From positions 1 to 64,000 of the forward strand of contig CAVYCN010000004.1 of NCBI GenBank assembly GCA_963767005.1: 64,000 bases of DNA, read 5' to 3'. This document shows, one piece after another, positions 28,462 to 37,185 of the stretch (its first letter is position 1; every line of letters begins with the position of its first letter). Under the pieces are notes generated by a model. It ran no database searches, was not told the DNA's origin, and saw nothing but the letters and a program-made list of their open reading frames with translations. The translations under genes were made by a program, and so were the position numbers. This DNA comes from an uncultured Actinomycetes bacterium. GTDB lineage: Bacteria > Actinomycetota > Thermoleophilia > UBA2241.

Positions 28462-31400
28462 GGGCCGGCGTCTTCCTCTGCCAGTGCGGTGGCAACATCT
28501 CGGGCGTCCTCGACCTGGACGACCTGGCCGCCGGCGCCCGCGCCCTCGACGGCGTCGTGACCGTCGCCGTCAATCAGTTCATGTGCGGCACCGAGGGTCA
28601 CGACCTGATCGCCGCGGCGGTCGACGACCGCGGCCTCGACCACCTCGTGATCGCTTCGTGCTCGCCGCGGTTCCAGGGACCGACCTTCGAGCGTATCGCG
28701 CGCGACCTGCGTCTCGGCGAGAACGCGGTCTCGTTCGCTAATGTACGCGAGGGCTGCTCGTTCATCCATCGCGACGAGCCGGTGCTCGCCCAGGAGAAGG
28801 CGCGCCAGATCGTCCAGGCGGCGGTCGCCCGCGCCCGCCATCAGGCCGACCTGCCGCGATCGCGCACGTTCCTGCATCGCTCGGCGCTCGTCGTGGGCGG
28901 CGGCATCGCCGGCATGACGGCCGCCGAGGAGCTCGCCGGCGCCGGCATCGAGGTCCACCTCGTCGAGCGCTCGCCGAGCCTGGGCGGCTACATGGCGCGC
29001 CTCTCCAAGACGTTCCCCACCGAGGATTGCGCGATGTGCTCGCTCGCGCCACGCCTCACCACCACGGCGCTCGAGCCACGCGTGCACATCCACACGCTCA
29101 CCGAGGTCGACGCGATCGCCGGGCCGCCCGGCGAGTTCCGCGTGACGCTGCGGCACGAGCCGCGCTACGTGACCGAGGCCTGCGTGAGTTGCGGCGACTG
29201 CGAGGCCGTCTGTCCGGTGACCTACCCCGCCGACTTCGATTTCGGCGTCGCCGAGCGGCGCGCCATCGGCCGGCCGTTCGCGAACGCCGTGCCGGCCACG
29301 TTCCACGTCGACCGCAAGGGCTGGGCGCCCTGCAAGAAGGCCTGCGCCGTGCACACCTCGGCCCAGGGCTACGTCGCCCTCGTGGCGGCCGGCCGACTCG
29401 ACGACGCCTACCGCGTGGCGTCCGAGACCAACCCCTTCCCCAGCGTCTGTGGCCGCATCTGCACGCGCCTCTGCGAGACGGCCTGCGCCCGCTCACTCGT
29501 CGACGAACCGATCGCCATCGCCGCGCTCAAGCGCTTCGTGGCCGACCAGGTGGGACCCACGCAGACCATCGTGCCGGCGCCCGTCATCCACGACGAGCGC
29601 GTTGCCGTGGTCGGCGGCGGTCCGGCCGGCCTGACCGCCGCCCGCGATCTCGTCGAGCTCGGCTACACCACCACGGTCTTCGAGGCCCAGCCGGTGGCCG
29701 GCGGCATGCTGCGTACGGGTATCCCCGACTACCGCCTGCCGCACGACGTCATCCAGCGCGAGATCGACCAGATCCTGGCGCGCGGCGTGACGCTCGAGCT
29801 CGGCCGGCGCGTCGGCGTCGACCTCACGGTCGACGAGCTCTTCGCCCAGGGCTACCGCGCCGTCTACCTGGCCACCGGCCTGCAGCGCAGCGCCCCGGTC
29901 GATCTGCCCGGCGCCGACTCAGCCGGCGTGCAGCACGCCGTCGAGCTGCTGCGCGACCGCAACCTGGGACGCGGCGTGACGGTCGGCGAGCGGGTGGTCG
30001 TGATCGGCGGCGGCGACGTCGCCCTCGACGCCGCCCGCAGCGCGATCCGCCTGCAGGTCGCGGCCGGACGCGAGCCCGACGTCACGCTCGTCTACCGGCG
30101 GACCAGGGTCGAGATGCCGGCCAACGCGAGCGAGCTCGACGAGGCGCGCGACGAGGGTCTCAAGGTCGAGTTCCTCGTGGCGCCGGTGCGCGTGACCGCC
30201 GCCGGCGGCGCCGTGACCGGGCTCGAGCTCGTGCGCTGCGAGCTGGGCGACGCCGACGAATCAGGTCGCCGTCAGCCCGTGCCGATCGCCGGCTCCGAGT
30301 TCACCCTGCCGGCCGACGGCGTGATCTTCGCCGTCGGCCAGGCCATGGTCGACGACTTCCTCGCCGGCTGCGAGGGCGTGCGCGTCGCCGACGACCAGAT
30401 CCGCGTCGATCGCGACACCTGCATGACCGACCGGCCCGGCGTGTTCGCCGGCGGCGACGCCGCCGCCACCGGCTACTTCACCGCGATCGAGGCGGTCGCC
30501 GCCGGCCACCGCGCCGCGGCCGCCATCCACAACCACCTGCGCGGCGAGACCCTGCTGCCGGTCTGGACCGACGAGCAGGTCGTGGCGCGCCCGACCGACG
30601 ACGAGCTCGCCCGCGTGGAGCCGGGTCAACGGGTGCCCCTGACCCTGATCGACGGCGTGGCCCGCCGTGCCGACTGGCGCGAGGTCTCGCCCGGCTACGA
30701 CGCCGAGCAGGCGGCAGCCGAGGCGCAGCGCTGCCTGGCCTGCGCCGTCTGCTCGGACTGCGGCTCCTGCGTGCGCGCGTGCCCGTCGGGCGCCGTCGAC
30801 CTGGACGATCGCGCGAGCACCGAGGAGATCGCGGTCGGCGCGGTCATCGTGGCCAGCGGCCATCAGGAGTTCGACGCCCGCCGCAAGCCGTCGCTCGGCT
30901 TCGGGCGTTTTCGCAACGTCATCACGCAAAGCCAGCTCGCCCGCCTGCTGGCCGCGGCCGGCCCGACCGAGGGCGAGGTGCTGCTTCCCTCCGACGGCAC
31001 GGTGCCCGGCAGGATCTTCATGCTGCAGTGCGTGGGCTCGCGCGACTGCCAGACGACCGGCAACGAGCACTGCTCGGCGATCTGCTGCCTGTTCGCGACG
31101 CTGCACGCCTCGCTCCTCAAGCAGCACTACCCCGATGCGGACATCACGATCGGCTACACCGACATGCGCACGCCGGGCAAGAGCCACGAAGAGTACTATC
31201 GGCTCGTGCAGAGCCGCGGCGTGCGCTACGTGCGCGGCCGCGTCGGCGAGATCGTCGAGGAGCCCGACGAGCGTCTGCGGGTGCGCTTCGAGGACACCGT
31301 CACCGGGCGCAAGAACGACGAGGTGTTCGACCTGGTCGTGCTGTCGGCCGGTCTCGAGGCGTCCGACGGCACCGCCCAGATCGCCCAGGTGGCCGGCCTG

Positions 31401-31811
31401 CAGACCGGCGCGGCCGGCTTCATCAAGGAGTACCACCCCAAGCTCGCGCCGGTCGACACGCAGCGCGCCGGCATGTTCCTGTGCGGCACGGCCCAGGGGC
31501 CGAAGAACATCCCCGACTCGATCGCCCAGGCCAAGGCCGCGGCGGCGCGGGCCATCGCCATGCTCTCGAGCGGCTTCGTGCTCACGCCCGCTCAGGTGGC
31601 CGCGTCGGCCGTCGAGGTGTGCATCGGCTGCGGGGTGTGCGAGACCGCCTGCCCGCAGGGCGCGATCGCGCTCTCCGGCGCGCCGGCCCACGCGCTGGTC
31701 GACCCGAACATCTGCCGCGGTTGCGGCATCTGCGCGGCCGACTGCCCGTCGGGGGCCATGCAGCTCGGCGGCTTCACCGACGACGAGATCCTGGCCGAGG
31801 TGACGGGGTGA
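28458..31811 (+). CDS. hdrA: HdrL: HdrA with an inserted GltD/NfnB-like NAD(P)H-oxidoreductase module (1117 aa)
   Basis: CQCGGNI, VVGGGIAG, KTFPTEDCAMC; insert APCKKAC..CGRIC...C...C, GGGPAG, IGGGDVA, YRR; QCVGSRD..CSAICC; C-terminal 2x[4Fe-4S]; ATGA overlap. Confidence 0.93.
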   Translation: MRAGVFLCQCGGNISGVLDLDDLAAGARALDGVVTVAVNQFMCGTEGHDLIAAAVDDRGLDHLVIASCSPRFQGPTFERIARDLRLGENAVSFANVREGCSFIHRDEPVLAQEKARQIVQAAVARARHQADLPRSRTFLHRSALVVGGGIAGMTAAEELAGAGIEVHLVERSPSLGGYMARLSKTFPTEDCAMCSLAPRLTTTALEPRVHIHTLTEVDAIAGPPGEFRVTLRHEPRYVTEACVSCGDCEAVCPVTYPADFDFGVAERRAIGRPFANAVPATFHVDRKGWAPCKKACAVHTSAQGYVALVAAGRLDDAYRVASETNPFPSVCGRICTRLCETACARSLVDEPIAIAALKRFVADQVGPTQTIVPAPVIHDERVAVVGGGPAGLTAARDLVELGYTTTVFEAQPVAGGMLRTGIPDYRLPHDVIQREIDQILARGVTLELGRRVGVDLTVDELFAQGYRAVYLATGLQRSAPVDLPGADSAGVQHAVELLRDRNLGRGVTVGERVVVIGGGDVALDAARSAIRLQVAAGREPDVTLVYRRTRVEMPANASELDEARDEGLKVEFLVAPVRVTAAGGAVTGLELVRCELGDADESGRRQPVPIAGSEFTLPADGVIFAVGQAMVDDFLAGCEGVRVADDQIRVDRDTCMTDRPGVFAGGDAAATGYFTAIEAVAAGHRAAAAIHNHLRGETLLPVWTDEQVVARPTDDELARVEPGQRVPLTLIDGVARRADWREVSPGYDAEQAAAEAQRCLACAVCSDCGSCVRACPSGAVDLDDRASTEEIAVGAVIVASGHQEFDARRKPSLGFGRFRNVITQSQLARLLAAAGPTEGEVLLPSDGTVPGRIFMLQCVGSRDCQTTGNEHCSAICCLFATLHASLLKQHYPDADITIGYTDMRTPGKSHEEYYRLVQSRGVRYVRGRVGEIVEEPDERLRVRFEDTVTGRKNDEVFDLVVLSAGLEASDGTAQIAQVAGLQTGAAGFIKEYHPKLAPVDTQRAGMFLCGTAQGPKNIPDSIAQAKAAAARAIAMLSSGFVLTPAQVAASAVEVCIGCGVCETACPQGAIALSGAPAHALVDPNICRGCGICAADCPSGAMQLGGFTDDEILAEVTG

Positions 31812-32278
31812 GCAGCCCGGCCGCGGCGACCGTGAGCGCGCCGCGGGCGGCGGGGGCGGCGGACAGCGCCGCCCCCGCCGCCCGCCGCAGCATCGTGGCC
31901 TTCTGCTGCCGCGAGTGCGCCTACGCCGCGGCCGACGCCAGCGCCAACGCCCGCACGCCGCTGCCGCCGTCGGTCCGCCTCGTGCTCGTGCCCTGCACGG
32001 GCCGGGTCGCGCCGCTGCACCTGCTCGAGGCCCTCGCCGGCGGCGCCGACGGCGTCATGGTCGCCGGCTGCCTCGTGGGCCAGTGCCACTATCGCGAGGG
32101 CAATCTGAACGCGCTCGACCGGGTGCTGCTCGTGCAGCGCTTGCTCGCCGCGGTCGGCGTCGAGCCCGAGCGCGTGCGCATGTTCACGATGAGCGCCGGC
32201 GAGCCGCCGCGCTTCGTGGCCGCCGTGCGCGAGATGGACCGCACGATCGCCGCCCTGCCGCCCCTCGAGAGGTCCTGA
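31808..32278 (+). CDS. mvhD: MvhD/FlpD [2Fe-2S] protein
   Basis: IVAFCCRECAY.AAD, PCTGRV, GADGV.VAGC..GQCHY..GN; GTGA overlap. Confidence 0.92.
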   Translation: MSSPAAATVSAPRAAGAADSAAPAARRSIVAFCCRECAYAAADASANARTPLPPSVRLVLVPCTGRVAPLHLLEALAGGADGVMVAGCLVGQCHYREGNLNALDRVLLVQRLLAAVGVEPERVRMFTMSAGEPPRFVAAVREMDRTIAALPPLERS

Positions 32279-32280
32279 CC

Positions 32281-32760
32281 GTGCCCCTCACACAGCGCGG
32301 CAGGAGAGTGGCGGAGCGGCTGCCGCACGCCGCGCCCGCGCAGGGCAGCGCCCTCGGCTGCGAGATCGTGCGCCACGAGGAGCTCTGCGTGGGCTGCGGC
32401 AAGTGCGCCACCACCTGCCCGAGCGGAGCCAGCGTGCGCGGCACGACCTTCGACGTGAGTCAGCTCCTCGACGCGCCCGAGGGCAGCCGGCGCGGCGCTC
32501 TGGGCGCCGCCCTGCGGCGCCTGCAGCGCCGCGCCCCCGACGGCCCGATCGACGTGCCGCCCCGCGTCGCGACCTATCGTACGATCGACTACCAGGCCGA
32601 CCTCTGCCTGGGCTGCGGCGCCTGCGCGCGTGTCTGCCCCGCCGCGGCGATCGAGGCACGCGGCCCCGTGGCCGAGCCCGCCGGCGGTGGCGCGGCGGCG
32701 CTCGCCGGCGTCGCCCCCGCGGCCGGTCCGGCCGCGGGCGCGGCCGAAGAGGCGTCGTGA
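32281..32760 (+). CDS. 2x[4Fe-4S] ferredoxin with a long inter-cluster insert
   Basis: CVGCGKCATTCP and CLGCGACARVCP. Confidence 0.85.
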   Translation: MPLTQRGRRVAERLPHAAPAQGSALGCEIVRHEELCVGCGKCATTCPSGASVRGTTFDVSQLLDAPEGSRRGALGAALRRLQRRAPDGPIDVPPRVATYRTIDYQADLCLGCGACARVCPAAAIEARGPVAEPAGGGAAALAGVAPAAGPAAGAAEEAS

Positions 32761-35192
32761 GCGTGGCCGCGCGACCCCTCGTCCTGCTGTGCGAGTGCGC
32801 CGGCACGATGGGCAACGTCGACTTCGACGAGCTCGAGCGGCGCCTCGGTGAACAGGTCGAGGTGCGCCGCGACGCGCACTGGTGCGACCGCCAGGGTCAG
32901 GCCCGGCTGCTCGAGCTCATGGAGACCGACGCGCGCCGGCCGGTCTTCGCCGGCTGCTCGCGCGACTTCTCGGACCGGCGCTTCCAGCGCCTCGCGGCGC
33001 GCGGCCTAGCCATGGAGATCGCCGACATCCGCGAGGGCTGCTCCTGGGTCCACGGCGACGAGGCCGGTGACGTGACCGACAAGGCCGAGCGCATCGTGCT
33101 CGCCGCCCTGCGTTATCCGGGCGCGCCGGCCGACACGCTGGCCCGCACGAGCCGCATCGACGGCGTGCTCGTGATCGGCGGCGGCGTGGCCGGCACGCAG
33201 GCCGCCGCCGAGCTCGCCCAGATGGGCCATCGCGTCGAGCTCGTCGAGCGGCGCCCGTTCCTGGGCGGCCGCGCGGCCCGCATCGGCACCGTCTTTCCGA
33301 CCAACGACTGCGGCCAGTGCCTGCCGACGACCGACGCCCAGGCCGGCACCCGCAAGTGCTTCCACCGCAACGTGGCGATCGACCACCCCGGCCTGCACGT
33401 CTGGCGACGCACGACGGTCGAGTCGGTCGACGGCCGCCCCGGCGACTTTGCCGCCACCCTGCGGCGGCTGCCCAACGTCGTGACCGGCGACTGCATCAAC
33501 TGCAGCCGTTGCGAGGCGGTCTGCCCCGAGCTCGCGAGCGACGGCGGGCAGAAGGCGATCTTCGCCGAGTTCTACGACGGCCGCGTCGTGCGCACCGTCG
33601 ACCTCGACACCTGCAGCTTCTGCGGGGCCTGCGTGAAGGAGTGCCCGGTCGACGCGATCGACTTCACGCAGTCGCCCGAACGCGCCACCGTACGGGTCGG
33701 CGCGGTGCTCGCCGCGGTCGGCTGCGAGCCGGCCCCGGCCGAGCTCCTGTCGTACCTCGGCTACGGCCACGACACGGTGCTCACGCAGACCGAGCTCGCC
33801 GAGATGATGGACGACTGGGTGGCCCAGGCCACCGTCGGCCGTACGCCGGCCGCCGAAGTGGTCATGATCCAGTGCGCCGGCTCGCGTGACCGGCGCCGGC
33901 TGCGCTACTGCTCACGCCTGTGCTGCATGATCGCGCTCAAGCACTCGATCCGTCTCAAGCAGCTCTTCCCGCAGATGAAGGTGACGGTCTGCTACACCGA
34001 GCTGCGCACGGCCGGCATCGCCTACGAGAACTGGTACACGGCGGCCCGCCAGGCCGGCGTCGAGTTCCTGCGCGGCACGCCGTCGGGGGTCGAGTTCGAC
34101 GAACGCGGCCTGCCGGTGATCGAGGTCGAAGACATGACGGCGTCCGAGCGGCGCACCCTGCGGCCCGACCTGGTCGTGCTGTCGCACGGTATGGTGCCGG
34201 CCCACGACGTCGGACGCCTCGTCCAGGTGCTCGGCGTCGACGCCGACGCGCACGGGTTCATCGAGATCCTCGACCGCAAGAACAGGGCCACCGAGACCAC
34301 CCGCGAGGGCGTCTTCGTCTGCGGCTCGGCGGCCGGCCCCAAGGCCATCGTCGAGTGCAACACCGAGGCCTCGGCGGTGGCCGCCGAGATCCACAACTTC
34401 CTGGGCTCGGCCGGGCGCCGCATGGCGACCGCCACGGCCGTGCGGGCCGAAGCCTGCGTCGGCTGCGACGTGTGCCAGGAACGCTGCCCCTTCGGCGCGA
34501 TCAGCCTGGTCGAGCGGCCGGCGACGGCGCCGCGGCCGGCCGAGGTCAAGGGCGACGGCCTGCTGGCCGTGGTCGACCCCGAGGCCTGTCACGCCTGCGG
34601 CATCTGCGCCGCCAACTGCCCCGAGATGGCGATCGACCACAACCTGTCCGACGACGCCCTGGCCGGCCGCCTGCACCTGCTGGCCGACGGCGTCGAGCGC
34701 CCGGTCGTCGGCTTCTACTGCAGGGAGTGCGCCGGCGCCGCGATCAGCCTGAGCGGCCTGCGGCACGACCCCTATCCCACGGCGGTGCGCCTGATCGAGC
34801 TGCCCTGCCTGGGTCGTGTGAGCGCCCTGCACCTGGTCGAGGCCGCCCGCATGGGTGCGGCCGGCGTGTTCCTGGCCGGCTGCGCCGAGGGCCGTTGCCA
34901 GTTCCGCACCGGCGACACCAGCGCCGCCGAGCAGGTAGCGCTCACCCGCGAGCTGCTGGCCGAGGCCGGCCTGCGGATGCCGGTCGAGCTCTGGCACCTG
35001 TGCGCGGTCGACCGCGACAGCGTCGGGCGCCGCATCCGCCTGTTCTGCGCGAGCACGCAGAGCGACGAGGCCGCCGCGGCCATGCTGCTGTCCGAGTCCG
35101 ACCGCATCGACCGGCCGGCGAACGGCGCCGGCAGCGGCGCGGCCGCGCCCGTCGGCGCCAGGCTCGCCGGGGAGGCGCGCGATGACGGCTAG
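32757..35192 (+). CDS. hdrA: HdrA-MvhD fusion protein (811 aa)
   Basis: LCEC, GCS, IREGCSWVH, IGGGVAG, VFPTNDCGQC, QCAGSRD..CSRLCCMIALK, two ferredoxin domains, C-terminal FYCREC..PCLGRV..GC..G.C. Confidence 0.9.
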   Translation: MSVAARPLVLLCECAGTMGNVDFDELERRLGEQVEVRRDAHWCDRQGQARLLELMETDARRPVFAGCSRDFSDRRFQRLAARGLAMEIADIREGCSWVHGDEAGDVTDKAERIVLAALRYPGAPADTLARTSRIDGVLVIGGGVAGTQAAAELAQMGHRVELVERRPFLGGRAARIGTVFPTNDCGQCLPTTDAQAGTRKCFHRNVAIDHPGLHVWRRTTVESVDGRPGDFAATLRRLPNVVTGDCINCSRCEAVCPELASDGGQKAIFAEFYDGRVVRTVDLDTCSFCGACVKECPVDAIDFTQSPERATVRVGAVLAAVGCEPAPAELLSYLGYGHDTVLTQTELAEMMDDWVAQATVGRTPAAEVVMIQCAGSRDRRRLRYCSRLCCMIALKHSIRLKQLFPQMKVTVCYTELRTAGIAYENWYTAARQAGVEFLRGTPSGVEFDERGLPVIEVEDMTASERRTLRPDLVVLSHGMVPAHDVGRLVQVLGVDADAHGFIEILDRKNRATETTREGVFVCGSAAGPKAIVECNTEASAVAAEIHNFLGSAGRRMATATAVRAEACVGCDVCQERCPFGAISLVERPATAPRPAEVKGDGLLAVVDPEACHACGICAANCPEMAIDHNLSDDALAGRLHLLADGVERPVVGFYCRECAGAAISLSGLRHDPYPTAVRLIELPCLGRVSALHLVEAARMGAAGVFLAGCAEGRCQFRTGDTSAAEQVALTRELLAEAGLRMPVELWHLCAVDRDSVGRRIRLFCASTQSDEAAAAMLLSESDRIDRPANGAGSGAAAPVGARLAGEARDDG

Positions 35193-36366
35193 CGAGACGG
35201 CCCGCCGCGAGGTGGCCGCCCTGGCGGCCGAGAACCGGCTCTGCTACCAGTGCGGCCAGTGCACGGCCGTCTGCCCGAGCGGCGCCGACCTCGAGGGCGG
35301 ACCGCGGCGCGTGATGCGCTACGTCCTGACAGAGCAGGTCGAGCGCCTGCTCGGCAGCGACGACGTCTGGCGCTGCACCGGCTGCGGCTCGTGCACCGAC
35401 GTCTGCCCCATGGAACTCGACGTCGCCGGCACGCTCGCCCGTCTGCGGGCCCTGGGTCACGAAGGCCCCGGGGCGCGCTGCCCCGAGCGTGCCGCGGCGC
35501 AGGTCGCGGCCCGTCGCCTGGCCGGCCACGACGAGATCGACTCGATGGCCTTCGGCGTGGCCATGGCGCTGCGCGGCCACGTGCCGGCCGACGTGGTGAG
35601 CGCCGCCGGCGCCGCCTCGCGCCTCGCGCGCCACCGCCTGCGGCGATCCCGACCCGACGGCGCGGCCACACCGACACCGACGCCCGCCGGCTCGGCAGCG
35701 GACGGCGCGGCGGCGGCCGCCCGGACGTTCTACCCCGGCTGCGCCCTGCGCCAGGACCCACCGCTCCTCGCCCAGACCCGCATGGTGGCAAGCGAGCTCG
35801 GTCTGCCGCTCGGCGAGCCGGCCGGCGCCGTGTGCTGCGGGCATCCGAGCCGCGGCGCGACGCCGGCGCGCTTTGCCAGCGACGGCGAGGTGCTGAACGC
35901 CTGTCCGGCGTGCGACAGCAGCCTGAGCGAGAGCGGCGTGACCACGAGACCGCTGTGGGAGGCCCTCATCGACGGCGCCGCGCGCGACGGGCGCCGCCTG
36001 CGCGCGGCCGAGCCGGCCTTCGTGCCCTACGTCGGCTGCCTGTCGGAGCGCGACCCGGCGCTCGCCGCCCTGGCCGCCGCCGGCGAGCTTGCTGCGTCGT
36101 CCTGTCTCACCTCGTACCCCTCGCTGCACTCGGGCTGCTGCGGCGCCCTGGGCGGCATGTATCGCGCCGAGACGCGCGCCACGCGACGGCTGCTCGACTA
36201 CGCCGCGACACACGCCGCGCCGGTCGTCACGACCTGCTTGCTGTGCCGCGACAACCTGCGCTCGGCCGCGCGCCGGCGCGGGCCGTCGGTCCCGATCTAC
36301 TTCTGGCCCGAGTTCTTCGGCGCGGCCGGCCCGGCCGGCGCCGCCCCTGGAGGCGACCATGACTGA
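35182..36366 (+). CDS. Compact HdrC-HdrB (HdrD-like) fusion Fe-S protein
   Basis: CYQCGQCTAVCP, CTGCGSCTDVCP, then FYPGC..CCG..CPAC and YVGC..CCG..CLLC. Confidence 0.8.
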   Translation: MTASETARREVAALAAENRLCYQCGQCTAVCPSGADLEGGPRRVMRYVLTEQVERLLGSDDVWRCTGCGSCTDVCPMELDVAGTLARLRALGHEGPGARCPERAAAQVAARRLAGHDEIDSMAFGVAMALRGHVPADVVSAAGAASRLARHRLRRSRPDGAATPTPTPAGSAADGAAAAARTFYPGCALRQDPPLLAQTRMVASELGLPLGEPAGAVCCGHPSRGATPARFASDGEVLNACPACDSSLSESGVTTRPLWEALIDGAARDGRRLRAAEPAFVPYVGCLSERDPALAALAAAGELAASSCLTSYPSLHSGCCGALGGMYRAETRATRRLLDYAATHAAPVVTTCLLCRDNLRSAARRRGPSVPIYFWPEFFGAAGPAGAAPGGDHD

Positions 36367-37021
36367 GCACGACGAACACAACAACCCGTACTCGGTGATC
36401 GCCGGGAGCGAGTTCCACGAGCGTCCGGCGGCGCGCCGCGACCTGGTCGACCGCATCCTCGACGACCCCCGCATGCACGACCACCGCGAGGGCTTCCTGT
36501 CGTGCCTGCAGTGCGGCGTGTGCACGTCGGGCTGCCCGGCGGCGCGCTTCACCGAGTACTCGCCCCGCGAGGTCGCGCGGCGCGCCTCCGAGGGCGACCC
36601 CACGCTGCTCGAGGACGACACCATCTGGTACTGCTTCTACTGCTACACCTGCCAGAGCCGCTGCCCGCGCAAGAACAGCGTCGCCGTGATCAACCAGGTC
36701 GTGCGCAGCATGCAGGTCGAGAGCGGCTACGGCATCAAGCACGTCGAGATGTTCGCCGCCTGGGGCGAGCAGTTCTACGACAAGGGCATGGGCGGCACGC
36801 CGCACGTGTTCTTCAGCGACATCGCCGAGGCCTGGGGACCGAAGTGGAAGGAGTTCATCGCCAACCGGGACGCCCTCCGCGAGGAGATCGGCGTGGGCGG
36901 CATGTACCCCTCCGCCGCGGCGGTGAGCGAGGTGCGCGCCATCATGGACCAGACCGGCTTCAAGGCGCGGCTCGAGAGCCTGGGCTCGTGGGGCGGCCAC
37001 CGGCCCGACGACGACGAGTAG
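36359..37021 (+). CDS. hdrC: Heterodisulfide reductase subunit C
   Basis: SD GGAGG; CLQCGVCTSGCP, IWYCFYCYTCQSRCP, C-terminal EVRAIMDQTGF. Confidence 0.92.
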   Translation: MTEHDEHNNPYSVIAGSEFHERPAARRDLVDRILDDPRMHDHREGFLSCLQCGVCTSGCPAARFTEYSPREVARRASEGDPTLLEDDTIWYCFYCYTCQSRCPRKNSVAVINQVVRSMQVESGYGIKHVEMFAAWGEQFYDKGMGGTPHVFFSDIAEAWGPKWKEFIANRDALREEIGVGGMYPSAAAVSEVRAIMDQTGFKARLESLGSWGGHRPDDDE

Positions 37022-37089
37022 CGGACACGCCGGGGCGGGGGGCCCGCCGGCGCGCGGAGGCAGCGGCACCGAACGGCACGCGCCGCGCG

Positions 37090-37131
37090 CGGCGTGACGA
37101 ACCCGGCGTGACGAGCCCGGCGTGACGAACC
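37090..37131 (+). repeat. Three tandem 14-bp repeats in the nadA promoter
   Basis: cggcgtgacgaacc / cggcgtgacgagcc / cggcgtgacgaacc. Confidence 0.9.
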
Positions 37132-37150
37132 GGGCGGCGCACCGTATCCT
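37122..37150 (+). promoter_or_regulatory. Putative nadA promoter
   Basis: GTGACG-17 nt-TATCCT. Confidence 0.55.
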
Positions 37151-37185
37151 TCTCCCATGACCCCATCCGGACCAATCCCGAGGCC

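Noticed and set aside
28458-35192. Selenocysteine recoding in HdrA/MvhD
   Set aside because: No in-frame TGA; the relevant positions are Cys.
27496-37021. Assignment as QmoABC, Flx-Hdr or sulfur-oxidiser sHdr
   Set aside because: No membrane QmoC, aprAB, flxABC or lbpA in the window; both HdrA proteins have internal ferredoxin domains, unlike sHdrA.
37090-37131. CRISPR-like array (also considered 12947-13010 and 22500-22630)
   Set aside because: Units are short and contiguous or coding, with no unique spacers and no cas genes.
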